A stretch of DNA of 64,000 nucleotides from Eledone cirrhosa (taxonomy: Eukaryota), in the NCBI GenBank assembly GCA_964016885.1, contig OZ024745.1, positions 115,816,001-115,880,000 on the forward strand. Direction: 5' to 3'. Under the pieces are notes generated by a model. The model made no database searches. It was not told the origin of the DNA and worked only from the letters and a program-made list of their open reading frames with translations. This document shows, piece after piece, positions 37,001 through 51,158 of the stretch; position 1 is the first letter of the stretch; each line of letters opens with the position of its first letter. The translations under genes were made by a program, and so were the position numbers.

Positions 37001-39295
37001 CCAGCGTGCATCTAAGATACCGTTCCAGTCGCCCACTAACACTAAAGAACGGGACGTTCCAAGAAAGGTCTCTAGACGTCTGAAGAAATCTGGCCGTCCT
37101 GCCCCAGACGGCTATTAGCCTGAAAGCATTGCCTTCGCTGCCGGTCACGTCCAGCACCACCGTAAGGGACAGTAGAACCGTACCTTTGGCTGGTCATGGG
37201 TGTTTCCAAGAGGAAGTCAGTGTATATCCTCTTGGTAATCGACCCTCTGAAGTCTCCAACTGCGTTGGGGAATTTTTGTTTTAAAAGTTTGTACTGTTCT
37301 ATTTTGGTGTCAATGATGCCTATGTTTGTCGGGAGAGTTCTTGATGTTGGTGGGGTGTAGTAGTTTTTTTCTGTGATGTCTGTGTGCTGCTTTATATGTT
37401 GTAGGAGTTCTTTATTTGCCATGTTTATGGCTGTGTACTTTTTGTGGGGAGGAACGATTTTGTTACTGTTTTCTTGTTGGTGTTGGGTGTGTATTTTGTT
37501 GTGTTTGCGATGTTGGTGTTTTTGGTGATGCTGGTGGTGGTGTGGTTGTTGTTGGTGGTTATGCTTGTGGTGGTTTTGCTGCAAGTCTCCTTGTAGCTTT
37601 TACCCCTCTTTGTTTGCCTTCGCTTTTAAGGGTGAAGCTAAGGGGTTTTTCCTTTTTTGTTTTTGTGGCAGACCGTTTGCCACTTCTCTACCGCCTCATA
37701 TTCCATGTCGGATTCTGTGGCATCTGGCAGGGGTATGAGCTCCAGTGCTGTTGGTGGTGGTAGAGGAGCCCACTCTGGCGATTTTGCCGCCGGTGTAGCT
37801 ACTGTGACTGTTGGTGTTGCCGCCACTGCTGCCGCTGCTTTAGTAGCCCGTGGCCTTGGTATGGGTGCCACCGACGTTGCCCTCCTACTCAGAATGGAAG
37901 GGTCTTCTGCCTCTGTTGCCTGTCCTGCTCTTGGTAGCAGCGGATCAGGCGTCGGAAGGAGGGGGCCCTCTTTTTGGCTGTCATCTGCGGGCAGAAGGCC
38001 CTGAGGTGACCCTTCTGCCCACAGAGATAGCACTTTGGGCGGCTTCCTTCCATGCTTTTAGGTAGTTGGAGTCCTTCTTGAGGTCTATCATGTCTGGGAT
38101 GGCCTCGATGCACACATGGTCTGTCTGTATTAGCATTTGGATGCCTATTCCTGACCAGTTCTCTCTTCCCATTCTCTGTATTTGCAGTGTGGTGCTCTTC
38201 TCCTCGATTCCAGCCAGTACAGACTCGGCCAGCCAAGGTATGGGAACGTCGGACGGGATGTGGGTCAATTTGACCCTCACAATTTTCTGCCCGCAGTAGG
38301 AGGGCACCTAGACTATCTCCTCACTCTTTAGGGTTTCCAAAGAGTGAGACTTTGCCTCTTGCGGGGTGGCGAAAAAGTACGTCTACTGTGGCGTACTTTG
38401 TGCCTTGGTTGATGTGGGTTTTGCGTGCCCAGACGCACCCCAAAGCCTTTTGGATTTGAGCCTCCATCGCTCTCTCCACCCGATGTGACATTTTGCTTAT
38501 GGTGCGAGACGTCAGCGTGCGCAGCTGCTGGTCTTTGAAGAAATCGGGTGGAGGTTTCAGGGAAACTCTATTGTCGTTTCTTGACACCTTGGCTCTTGCG
38601 ACTGCCATCTCCTCCTCCGTGTCTAGAACTGTCTCTATATTTCGGGCAACACCTGCGAAAGAAGTGGCTCCTTTTTCAGTGGCACCATTATTGCTGCCGC
38701 TACTGCTGCTACTGGTCTTGTTGTCGGTGCTGTTGCTGTTGCTACTGCTACAAACGGTGTTGTTGGTGTTGTTGCTGTTATCACTGTTGTAGTTGGTTGT
38801 ATTTTTGGTACCACTGTTGTTGTTGTTTTCGGTGCAATTTGTATTGTTGGTGTTGGTGTTGTTGTTTATTTTCTTGTTAGTGGTGTTAATATCGTTGTTT
38901 CATTTGTTTCTGTTGTCTGTATTTTGGTTGACGCTGTTATTGTTGTAGTTGGTGTGGTAATTTGTTCAACATTAGTGTTCTCAGTGTTGTTGCCTTTGTT
39001 CACGTTGTTTGTGGTGGTGTTTGTTGTTATGAATTTCACTAACTCCCCTCAACTTTTTCGCCGTTGCTGGAGGGCGTGGCTCAGCCATGTTTTTGTTTTT
39101 TAATTTTCAAAAGTAAAATGTTGAAATATTGTTCAAATATTTGGGCCAAAAGGCCCAAATATTATACTTTCCCCTTCACAGGGCAGAGTCCAATGGCTTA
39201 TATCCCTTACACAACGAGAAAAAATTAACAACAAATAATTATAACAGGTAAATAAAGCGACTTACTGGGAGCGAGCAAAAGACGTCCAATTAGAC
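34066..39295 (-). mobile_element. Tx1/L1-clade non-LTR retrotransposon, near full-length, degenerate
   Basis: ORF1 remnants with CCHC knuckle (CYLCGQKGHLRAFC). ORF2 remnants: APE (GDWN, DHK, GPGYWKLN), RT (KSPGLDGLPYE, RSITLLN..FKILAK, VRQG.PLS..LY, AYADD, IN..KT) and C-terminal Cys region. Many frameshifts. Confidence 0.92.
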
Positions 39296-39327
<32 letters not shown>

Positions 39328-39329
39328 GA

Positions 39330-39850
39330 GGTGGTGGTTCTAAAGCAGAGACTGAGGGACTCTTATTTTCTGCACAAGACCAATCTCTAAACACTCGGGC
39401 CTGTAGACAGAGCATAGTGAAAAATGGGACTAACGATCTATGCAGAATATGGTACAAACAAGAAACGATAGATCATGTTAGCTATCAAAAACTGATTATA
39501 TCGAAAGACACAACTGCATTGCCAAATATGTGCACTGGATGCTCTGCGGCTCCGATGACACCCACTTCTAACAAATGGTATCAACCAAAAACAGTAATGG
39601 AAAAGGGCAACACCTTGTGGGATATGCCTGTGATAACCGACCAAGAAATCGCTGCCAACACACCAGGTATCACAATAAAATACCAAACAGATTATGTAGC
39701 CTTATAGTTATTTCCGTACCAGTTGACAAGAATAAATCTATAACAACGATAGAAAAAACTGTCAAAATACAAAGACCTGGAAACAGAGATCAACCGCATG
39801 TTGAGGATTACCACAAATATTATCCCTGTGGTAATAGGAGCATTAGGTTT
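39330..39850 (+). mobile_element. Degenerate R4/Dong-like RLE LINE 3' fragment
   Basis: LKAETEGLLFSAQDQSLNTR...CR....ETIDH...WD.PV.TD.....N.P...KY.DL..EI...PVVIGALG; follows an (AAT)n tract. Confidence 0.75.
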
Positions 39851-40594
39851 AAATAGCAGAAAAACCACCCTTCGGGTGATTTTCTGCTAGCATGAATAGT
39901 GTGCATATTAATATTATACGCAAGTATATATACATGTAGATATGATACATCAAATAAAATCGTAATTGACAATATACACAGAAATTGAACGAAGACTGTG
40001 TTACATCTTTTATGTAATCAGTAACGTAATCCATGATACATTAAAAAAAGACGATATTATATATAAACTGCATTAGGAGAAAATTAGTGACGGAAATATA
40101 TGAATGTTTATTTAAGCGATGGCTAACCGGAAGTGTTGACATTTGAAAATTTTAAAGAAGTGAATCTTAAAATAAGCAACAAAATTATTTATATTTAATG
40201 AAGAATAACGAAACTTAGTAGATAAATTATGTAATATTGATTCATAATTTATTCAAACTAACCCAACATATTTTACAAACGGGATAAAAAAAATATATTC
40301 TGGATGCAGTCCCGCATTCCTTACCTTATTATACTTTAGACACCCTAATCCACAGAACTGCACCTTAGCGTCCTTCTCTGCAAGAGCAAAACATATGAGC
40401 TACAGTAGATCGGGCTACTAGGAACAACACACATTATCAGATGATTTCTCTCTCTATAATGTAAACATCTATTACCCTAGGTTCAAGGCCTGAACCCGGC
40501 AATAGAGAAACAGAACTGAGTTAAACGAAATAGCACTATTGTATTTTCAAATATGGAGCAATTCGATATGACATAATTTGCATTGGAACCTCCC

Positions 40595-40659
<65 letters not shown>

Positions 40660-40857
40660 TAAACGAGGTATCGTTTAATGTAATCCAATGAGAGGTTACG
40701 AGTAATCTGTACCGTGGAGGATTTTAATGTGCCGCGTTGGTTGACTCAACAAGAATTTTACTTAGTTGTGGCGTTCGGAGGGCCAACTTCTGACAGTTCC
40801 TAGGTAAGCAATTCCTGGAGTATTAATAAAGAATGAATGAAGATTAACACGGATAAG

Positions 40858-40921
<64 letters not shown>

Positions 40922-41039
40922 ATATGAAGGCTAAAATCCAAAGAGGGCTCAATAAGGACAAATATATATAAAATATATAAGAACCATAGAGCAAATGTTT
41001 TTTTAAAATTTAAGCAAAGCATCGCTGCTTTAACCCTTA

Positions 41040-41143
<104 letters not shown>

Positions 41144-42014
41144 TTAATCTAATATGATGCTTCATTAGTGACATCATTCAATATATCTAATTAACAACCC
41201 ATAATTACTTAATCATTCTTATATTCCTCTCTGCTCTACTATTTATTATGTAGTTCATTACCTACATTGGACACCCTCTACCAAAGGTTAAAACATACTC
41301 TTATATATTCATGCAATGGTTGATTTACTTTTATAACTGTAAGGAATCACATTCCAAATATATACATATAACAATAAAACCCATTATTAACACTCAGCAC
41401 TTAAACACATATCACATTCACATTTCATTTAAGAGTATATATATATTTACTAGGATACGCACTTAGATTGAGAGAACACCCGTATATATAATCAGATTCA
41501 ACTAAAACATTAATAGATCTTTTAACATTTCATGTCTTTGCACATGTACGTTAAACCTACCATATAGTAATTATAATAGATCTAATGTAACTTAGAAATA
41601 CATAGCTAATGATATGCCATTTGATAAGAGTTGCGGAAAAATGTTACTTGCACTAAAATTACCTTTAGAACATATTTTCCTATATATTACATTTTCTTAC
41701 CAGCATAATCTGCCAGTATATTGTCCCTAAACTCAACTACTAATGATATCAATTTTCCGATCCAGAGAATAAATTCATACATTCTCAGCCCGGAAATTCT
41801 ATCAGAATGCATTAGTTTTTAAACTTAACATGATGTTTATATTTTCTTTATTGTATTATACTTGATATTCTATTATAAGCATATAATATTTCCAATTTCT
41901 TTTAAGATGTCTTAATTAACAACTTAAATTCATCATCATCTTCATCATCATCCCCCTCCTCATTATCGCTATTACCACCATCATCATTATTATTATTTTT
42001 ATTATTATTATTAA

Positions 42015-42994
42015 CTAGCAGAATGGCCCGGCATTGCTCGGGATTTGCTCTAGGGTTCTTATATATCTGATGTATATTTATCTTTATCGAGCCTCGTTTG
42101 TTTATATTTTGTTATTGCGTATGCAAAAATATCTGTACACGAATATATAATTATATATATATATATATATATATTAAAATAACAGATTAAAGTTTAAGCA
42201 AAGATTCACTGCTTTCACTTCTGAAACTAAAAAAAAATCAATCTGTGAACGCAGAAAATGAATCGCTGCTTTCACCCTTAACAGGATCTTCTACCCCAAA
42301 GCAGTATGAAGTACACTAAAACTAACTGATGTAATCGTTGGCCTTGTTTGTTTATACTTTGTTTTTGTGTATGCAAAAATATCTCTCAGTGATGCGTGTG
42401 ATTATGTAATCGCCAGACTTGTTTGTTTATATTTTGTTTTTGTGTAAGCAAAAATATCTGTACACGAATATCTATATTAAAATAACATATTAATGTTTAA
42501 GCAAAGAATCGCTGCTTTCAACCTTAACAGGATCTTCTGAAACTAAAAAAAATCAATCTGTGAACGCAGATGTAAATATTTCGGAAAACGTTGCAACCGA
42601 AGGAAAACAGGAAGACGATACTTTGGTTCGTGAAGACGTTCTCTGACATAATAATATATATACACACACACACTATATATACATGCACACACACACACAG
42701 ATCGCGTCATAATGTCGTAATGCAGACAGCCAGGCATACAGACAGATATTATGAAGGCGCGACGTCATATCTATGTATCTATCTAAAAATAGAAAGACTA
42801 AGAGAAAGCGAAAGAAATCGCTAAATCGCCTAATGCGGTCCCTAGGGCATTGACAATTTGAAATTTGTTTTTGCTCAGAACACTCAATAGGACCATAAGT
42901 ATCATATGTGTAAAGTTTGAAAAAAAAATGGTTGGGTAGTTCTCGACTTTTAGGGAAACAGTGACACAGACATTCTTTGTTTTATATATAGAGA
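42015..42994 (-). mobile_element. Non-autonomous Helitron (sister of 18631-19577)
   Basis: Same CTAG + hairpin end and same TC end; carries family A pLTR/HHR pieces. Confidence 0.8.
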
Positions 42995-43129
42995 TATCTA
43001 ACTGTTCATAACGACCAGCTTTGCTGTTGCTTTGAGTCGGTTATTTTAAGGAATACAAGACTGCAACTAGTAAACTGATTTTAGTACTGCCGGTAGTCCA
43101 GAACCTTTTTCAATATTCATGCTGTTCTC

Positions 43130-44100
43130 AGTAGACATTTCTTCTGGAGCGGTTCAAATCCTGGTGCAAAGTCTATTATTGATATATAGTGTTCAGGGTT
43201 CTTTTTCACCATGCCAAGAATACCTATTAACAGTAGAACAATGGTGACTGTCTTCACTTCATTACTCCAACAATTCAAGATCTCTTATTTTAAATCGGTA
43301 TAAGTCCCTACTTTCTCCTCTTTTCGTTCATTTCCGATATCAAGAGGACACACTATATCTATGAGGACACAGTTGCTTTCTTTCTTCTCAATTATAACAA
43401 TATCTGGTTTATTATGTTATATCTTCATCTCAGCCTAAACTGGGAAGTCCTATAATAGTTTTACCTCATCATTCTCTAGCACTCTCATCTCATTTATGAC
43501 ACCACGTCGCAGCTTTTTTCTGTGTATGGAAATCAATACATTTTACACAAATCCCTGAGCAACATTGCAGCCACCGTGTCATGTATCACGTTTTTATAAT
43601 CATTCTGGTCTAACTGTTTACACTCTGAAACGATATAAGCAACTGTTTCTGATTTCTCGCGACAAATTCAGCATTCAGCTTGAACCTCTTTCTTGTCTAT
43701 GTTTTTCATTACACACCTTGTTCCTATGGCTTGATCTTGTGCTGCTATTATAAATCCTGCCATATCTTTCTTAATATATCCTTTCTGTAACCACAAGCAT
43801 TTTTCTTATCACACACGTTTCTTGTTTCCTTGGGGAATCCTGAATGCAGGGACATTTCATCAAATGCGTTTTTACGCTTCTGCAATCACAGTCTTTGTGA
43901 TTTCTAAGTCTCTATTTTTCTCAAATATGACTTTCCTGACAACCTCCAATATAAATATTTCTTTCCTATTTTTTAATGTAGATGTCCATACCACTTTCTT
44001 CTATTTTGACAGCGTCCTGTACGCTCAGCAGTACTCTACTCCCTCATGTCTTTTCCAATAAAGTGACTTCAAAAGTTGGCATGTTTACCAACTTCAGGAG
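43130..44100 (-). mobile_element. Highly degenerate R4/Dong-like LINE fragment
   Basis: The minus strand shows decayed WDF.V......KPDIVII.K...CVLID..CP.D....KE.EK...Y.DL...I...W motifs. Confidence 0.55.
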
Positions 44101-44848
44101 ATTGATCACAGACAAAACTTTGAATGATTTCTTTGTAAAATATAACTCTACTCTCTAATTATATATGTTTTTCAGTTGTATCTGATTGTCTTTATGTTTA
44201 TTTATACATACATATATTTGTATGATAATTGTAGAATTTCCTTTATATCAGTAATCGACAATGCTGATAAGACATTTGTGTATATTTATCCATATGTGTA
44301 TCTCCCAGTAACTCTTTGACATTTACACAAATATACATAGATGTAGACATAGAAGGAGAAGGACAGAGAGAAGGTGAGAGAGTAACAAAATTAGGAAATA
44401 CCTATGGAAAGTAGGTGTTCTTAAATATACTTGAGTTATTATGGTTGGGGGGTGGGTGGATATTTTTATTGCTGTTAGATTTATGATAAATATTAAAGAC
44501 CTAACCCTAGATAACGGGTAAAATTAAAACATTTTCTCAACTTAATTCTATATTTAGACATTAATTGATATATGCAATTAATATAAGCTTTCAAAACTGC
44601 ATCACATCTGTTGAGAGTATGGTTTAAATATACAGGTAAATATGCACAAAATAAAGAGAACGAGGAAGCTGATGTTTTAAACTATCTATTTATTAATTTG
44701 AAGAACGTCAGTATTCCGTGTGTCATAATTCTCAATTATCATTGGTTCATAGGTTTCAAATGACTCCGCCCACCTCAACGACGCCAAACTGAAATTAATA
44801 TGCATAATGCCAATGAGGTAGTGAGAGGGGAGAGTGTGAACGCTGTGT

Positions 44849-46890
44849 TCAATAACTATTAACATGTGTTCGTATGTGTGTACGTGCGCGTATGTTTATG
44901 TGTGTGTGCGTGCGTGCAGCGTTCCACAGAAAGTAAAAAACTATCAACATGTGTGAGTGTGTGCGTGTGTAAGTTTGCGTGCGTGTGTGGGTTTCCATGC
45001 GTGTATGTGTGTGGCGTTCCACAATCGCCACGCAGTTTATCTGTCTGTGTGCCTGTCTGTCAGTCTAACATACACAGAGTTGTGAAGGGAGTAAATAGGG
45101 ACCTTTCTTTACATTGCCGGACATCTTTTATATTTATTATTGTGTTATTTTTTATACACTATGTATATGTGTCAGTGTAGAGACATGTGTGTGTGTGATG
45201 TGTGGGGAAATTAGAGGGGAAGGAAAGCAATAATTATTAACATGTGTGCGTGTGTATGTACGTGCGCGTATGTTTGTGTGTTTGTGTGCGTGCAGCGTTT
45301 CACAGAAAGTAAAAACTATCAACATGTGTGAGTGTGTGCGTGTGTAAGTTTGCGCGCGTGTGCACGTTTCCATGCGTGTATGTGTGTGGCGTTCCACAAT
45401 CGCCACGCAGTTTATCTGTCTGTGTGCCGGTCTGTCAGTCTAACATACACAGAGTTGTGAAGGGAGTAAATAGGGACCGTCTTTACATTGCCGGACATCT
45501 TTTATATTTATTATTGTGTCATTTTTTGACAATTGCTCGAAATGAATACTGATAATAAAAGCAATTCGACTTTATCAAACAATGAACTACAGCGGCGACG
45601 GCGTGCAGCCAGCAATGAAGAAAATCGGGCCGAACAGCGCCATCGGAACGCCGCACTTCAGAGGCGAAGACGTGCCGCCATGAATGAAGAGGAGCTGGCT
45701 GAACAACGCCAAGCAGCGACGGCGTGCTACGATGGTTGAAGACGAACTGGCTGAGCGTCATCAGCAGATGGCCAGCATTCAGCAGCAACGGCGTGCTGCG
45801 ATGGATGAAGAGGAGCTGGCTGAACAGCGCCAGTGGAATACAGAAGTTCAGAGAATGTGTCGCCAAAGTGCTCCTCATTCCAGCAAAGAGGCCAGAAGGC
45901 GAACGAATGATATTAAAAATGGATCATAGCAACCGTGTCATTTTCAGATTGGTGGACGAGCAAAGTGTCCATATTGTGGGGCATTGCTTTGGAGGCACGA
46001 AAAGACGTGGACCACAATGTACTGTCATAAAGAAGCAGTTCAACTAGAACCCTTGCGAATGCCGGATGATGAGGAGTCACCGGAGTTTAAAATACTAAGT
46101 ATGTGGGGTGATCAAGGAGACCGACATAGATTACTGCGCAAATATTCGCGGCAAATTAACAATTCATTAGCTTTAGCATCGCAGAGAGTTAGTGAGATGT
46201 TTGAGAGTGGAGCATGGCAACCGAATGTAGTCCTTCAAGGCCGTTTGTATAATTGTATCGGTAATTTAGAAGTTACCCCAGGAGAGAGGCCTCGATTCGC
46301 TCAAATTTACGTTAACGATCCAGATTATAGTGAATCGGAGGAGGGTATCAGGATCGGTTGGATGAAGTTGCCGGGAAATATAACTGAACTTAAACGGCAA
46401 AGGTTAAGTGATTTGATCCGTGATTTGCAATCATGGCTTAGACAGTGTAATCCTTATGTTATGGATTTCATGTTGGTGGCTGAACTGCAAAATGTTCAGC
46501 AGCAAACATTGGTGATTAAAGCTGATGCAGTGCCAAGGAATCAACACGAACGGCGATATAATGCCCTTGAAGGATTTCGTGAATTTGCTGTGTTGATGGA
46601 CGATAAGCCTGGATCGAGAGATATCGTCCTCAATCGCAGAGATGGTGTCTCAAAACTATCAATGAGTCAAATAGGGCATACGATCCATTGCATTATGTTC
46701 TTTTATTCCCAAAAGGTGAAAATGGATGAAACATTTAGATGATCATGAGAATCAGCATCAACAGGGAGGTGGCAATAGACACAATAATTCGATTCGCGAC
46801 TTTTACGCGTTCCATTTGAACGAGAGGAATCAACAGAGAAATGCACTATTTCAAGCCAGCAGATTGTTCCAGGAATACTGTTGTATTTGA
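44849..46890 (+). mobile_element. Helitron, 3'-truncated, with Rep N-terminal region pseudogene
   Basis: R/E/Q-rich repeats, CPYCGALLWRHE..MYC, R..NNSLALAS, QGRLY..IG, PRFAQIY..D, NPYV, HERRYN, RDIVL, (frameshift) YDPLHYVLLFP.GE.G, RLFQEYCC. Upstream ~370-bp tandem duplication. Confidence 0.85.
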
Positions 46891-46952
46891 GAATTCGCTA
46901 AAGAGAACCTTGCCACCATAGACATAGCCAGTAATACAATTTGTCAAATAAA

Positions 46953-47098
46953 ATAATTGTTTCTACTTTAGGCACAAGGCCAGCAATTACCCAGTGCATT
47001 ACTGGTACTTTATTTTATCGACCCCGTAAGGATGAAAGGCAAAGTCAACCTCGGCGGGATTTGAACTCAGATTGTAAAGGGACGTAACTATGCTGGAA
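46953..47098 (-). mobile_element. tRNA-derived SINE (5'-truncated)
   Basis: B box, body and tail. Confidence 0.85.
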
Positions 47099-48591
47099 AA
47101 TAAAATAATAAATATATTATATATATATATGTGTGTGTATGGCGGGGTTCTTATGTATTATCAATATCACTACCCCTAACAGCCAGTTACGTTAAGCGAG
47201 TTTTAACTCAGCATAGAGATTACTTCAGATTCAATGACAAGGAAAACTCCACCTCTCTCTGCAATTTTATTCATATGTAAGGACATATCTTCCTCGGCGT
47301 CACACGAAGCTTCCTTTTAAAAGTGTTTCTCTACTTCCGTAGTTCTCCCACATGTGAGCTCCATTTTGGTGAGAACCTTCATGTATTGCAATAACCTATG
47401 TTGCCCTTTAACATGAAGTCATACACATCGAATGAAACCTGTTGACAAGATATTTAAAACTTGATTAGCGGCAAACTGCATGCTTTGCAGAATTTGGTTT
47501 TTAAAGCTGCATTCTGAGTACATATCATCATTTGAGGATCGACAAACGAAGGGGTTTTATTTTTATCAACATATGAGGAGAAGTGTAACGGTCAATTACA
47601 ACAATATTTACCATTATTAAGTTCATATGTATATATATATATCACTGAAAATGCAGAGCTCCGGAATAAATGTATAAAATTTAACTTTAAAAAACAAATA
47701 AAATGCATACCAGTAATTCGCTGATATCAATTTAAGTAACACTATCTTCCCATTATTATAAATACCTTTGTACGGATGTGATTAATCGATTTTTATTATG
47801 TAAGGAAAAAACCGCATAGCAAGAATATAAAATTCTGGAAAAACGAATTTTAAATCCGCGTTGAAATTCATTTCTCTCCAATAATGCCATCAGTTTTTGT
47901 GGAAACTCAAAACTAAATTCATTATCAATTGAAACATTTCCTCTTCAATTTAGCCTTTGGGAAGCGATTGAATCTGACATCTTCCAATTTTGTATAGTGC
48001 CTTTTTGATTCGTTCAATCTAAAAAGAATTATTATTATAGCCTTTTAGCACCGATATAATATTGACATTAATTTGGTCGAAGATGTTTTGTATCAATGCA
48101 AAAAAAGACAAGGATTGATCGCTTCCTAGAAAATTCACGATGGTTAGTGAAGGGAGGTGTAGTCAAATGTAAAGCTAAGTTTCTCATATTGTTTCTCGTA
48201 TTGTCTAAGCAGTAGTGGTAATTCAAAGAGTTTTATCTCTGTAGGTTTAAGAGATCAGAATACAATTATTTATTTTGAGTCACTGAAATATGGATTAATT
48301 CTAGAGTGTTGCTGCTACACACAGAGAAATTTGATACACAATTATTGATACGGCATCTATTGATATGAAATTGTCAGAATGTGTCGCATTTCAGATCATC
48401 TTTGGGTGTCTCAGATACGTAATCTTTGTACATCTATCCTTGTAGGAGAGGCCGCAATTCCATCGCTAGTTCTTGCAGCATTGGATGGAAGCTACAGTGT
48501 ATTTTCCGAGTACGCCCTACTACCAAAGCATGCATCCTTTGTTATCTTGAGGGAATGAAAAATCCCTTCATAGTACCTTCTTTCAGAAAAC

Positions 48592-50021
48592 TGAATTTAG
48601 AGATCCACAGACATGGTACTGGTTAAAATTTAGAGATCCACAGACATGGTACTGGTTAAAAAGAGGAGGCCTTAAAAAGGCTACAGAAGGAATGCTAATG
48701 GCTTCGCAAGAGCAGGCCCTCAAAACGAAGTGGGTGAAACACCATATTTACAAGGAGGAGGCTAGTCCACTGTGTAGGATCTGTGGAGAGAGAGAGGAGA
48801 CTGTGGCTCACATTCTATCCGAGTGTAAACACCTAGTCCAGACTCACTATAAAGGCTGGAGACATGATGTGATAGGCTGGGTGATCCACTGGCACCTATG
48901 CAAAGTAAACAATTTACCACATTCTGAGAAGTGGTATGAGCATAAGCCAGAGTCGGTGATAGAAAACGATCAGGTGAAGGTGCTATGAGATTTTAGGATA
49001 CAGACGGACAAGAAATTAGAACACAATAGGCCTGACCTGGTGGTTTTGGACAAGGAAAAAAGATCGTGCCTGATTGCAGATGTAGCCTGCCCATTTGACA
49101 CGAGAGTGCAAGAAAAGGAGAGGGAGAAAATTAACCGATACCAGGACTTAAAGTGGGAGGAAAAAGGATTTGGAACTGCTATGAAGTCAAGGTAGTCGCG
49201 ATTGTCATAGGTGCACTAGGTACTACCTCAAAGAGACTGAAGGACTGATTATATCAGCACAAGATCAGTGTCTGCCAACAAAAAATTACCAAGCCAACAT
49301 AATAAAAAATGGGTGCAGCCCATTATGCCGTGTATGTAAAAAACAACAAGAGACCATTGATCATATAATTTCAATGTGCAGTCCTATAGCTCCAACCGAA
49401 TACCTAAACAGGCATGACAGAGCTGCACAATACATACATTGGATAATGTGTAAGCATTTTGACCTGCCCCATCAAAAGAATTGGTGGGAGTATCAACCAC
49501 CTCCCATACTTGAACAAGATCTCTTCTTAATCTTGTGGAACTTTAACATCCAAACAGACCGAAAAATAGATGCAAATAGACTTTAAAAAAAGGGTATGCC
49601 TGCTAATTGATATGTCCGTTCCAATAGACAAAAATGTATCTATAAAAACATTTTAAAAATTGAGCAAGTATAAGGACCTGGAGATAGAAATTGGAAAAAT
49701 GTGGAAATTGAGAAGTAAAACAATACCAGCGGTTGTAGGCGCTCTAGGAATGATACCTAAGGAATGATACCTAATGATTACTTATCGCAAATCCCAGGAA
49801 ACCCGCGTATAGGAGAAATACAAAAGATAGTACTAATGGGAACTGGCCATATACTAAGGAAGATTCTGTCAATATAAGTACATCACAAGTCTAAACACAT
49901 ACAGATGCATGTGTGTGTATGTATGTTCTTTCTTGAACATGGCGGACCTTGTTGCCTCTTGAGGTCACTGGTTGTGACTTGGTGATAACTCGTATGAACA
50001 TAAAGCAAGATAAATGCAACT

Positions 50022-50086
<65 letters not shown>

Positions 50087-50447
50087 GATCGTGCCTGATT
50101 GTGGATGTGGCCTGTCCATTCGACACGAGAGTGCAAGAGAAGGAGAGGGAGAAATTTAACCGATACCAGGACTTAAAGTGAGAGGTAAAAAGGATTTGGA
50201 ACTGCCATGAAGTCAAAGTGGTCCCGATTGTTATAGGCGCACTAGGTACTATGTCAAAAAGTTTCCAGGGATGGTTAAAGAAAATTGGCCCCGCCACGCT
50301 TTTTGGAACGCTTCAAAAGGCATGCTTGCTGGGAACAGCAAGAACCCTCCGATACGTCCTGAATATCTGAGGCTGCAGGTAGTGGCTTGATATTCATTTC
50401 AACAAACTTTCCAGTTAACTAACATCAATGACTGAGACTCAAAGAAC

Positions 50448-50492
<45 letters not shown>

Positions 50493-51104
50493 CAATCTAC
50501 CACATTCTGAGAAAAAAGTAAACAATCTACCACATTCTGAGAAAAAAGTAAACAATCTACCACATTCTGAGAAAAAAGTAAACAATCTACCACATTCTGA
50601 GAAATGGTATGAGCATAGGCCAGAGGCGGTGATGGAGAACAGTCAGGTGAAGGTGCTGTGGGATTTTAGGATACAGACGGACAAAAAACTGGAACACAAT
50701 AGACCTGACCTGGTGGTTGTGGACAAAGAAAAAAGATCGTGCCTGATTGTGGATGTGGCCTGCCCGTTCGACACGAGAGTGCAAGAGAAGGAGAGGGAGA
50801 AAATTAACCGATACCAGGACCTAAAGTGGGAGGTGAAAAGGATTTGGAACTGCCATGAAGTCAAAGTGATCCCGATTGTCATAGGCGCACTGGGGACTAT
50901 CTCCAAAGGTTTCCAGGGATGGTTAAAGAAAATCGGCCCCTTCACGCTTTTTGGAACGCTTCAAAAGGCATGCTTGCTTGGAACAGCAAGAACCCTCCGA
51001 TACGTCCTGAATATCTGAGGCTGCAGGTAGTGGCTTGATATTCAATCCAACGGACTTTCCAGTTAACCAACATCAATGACTGAGATTCAAGGAATAACAA
51101 TAAC

Positions 51105-51158
<54 letters not shown>

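Noticed and set aside
47230-47440. Minus-strand acceptor as a possible extra Kelch exon
   Set aside because: The required phase-2 frame stops after about 9 codons; exons 53358 and 31935 already join correctly.
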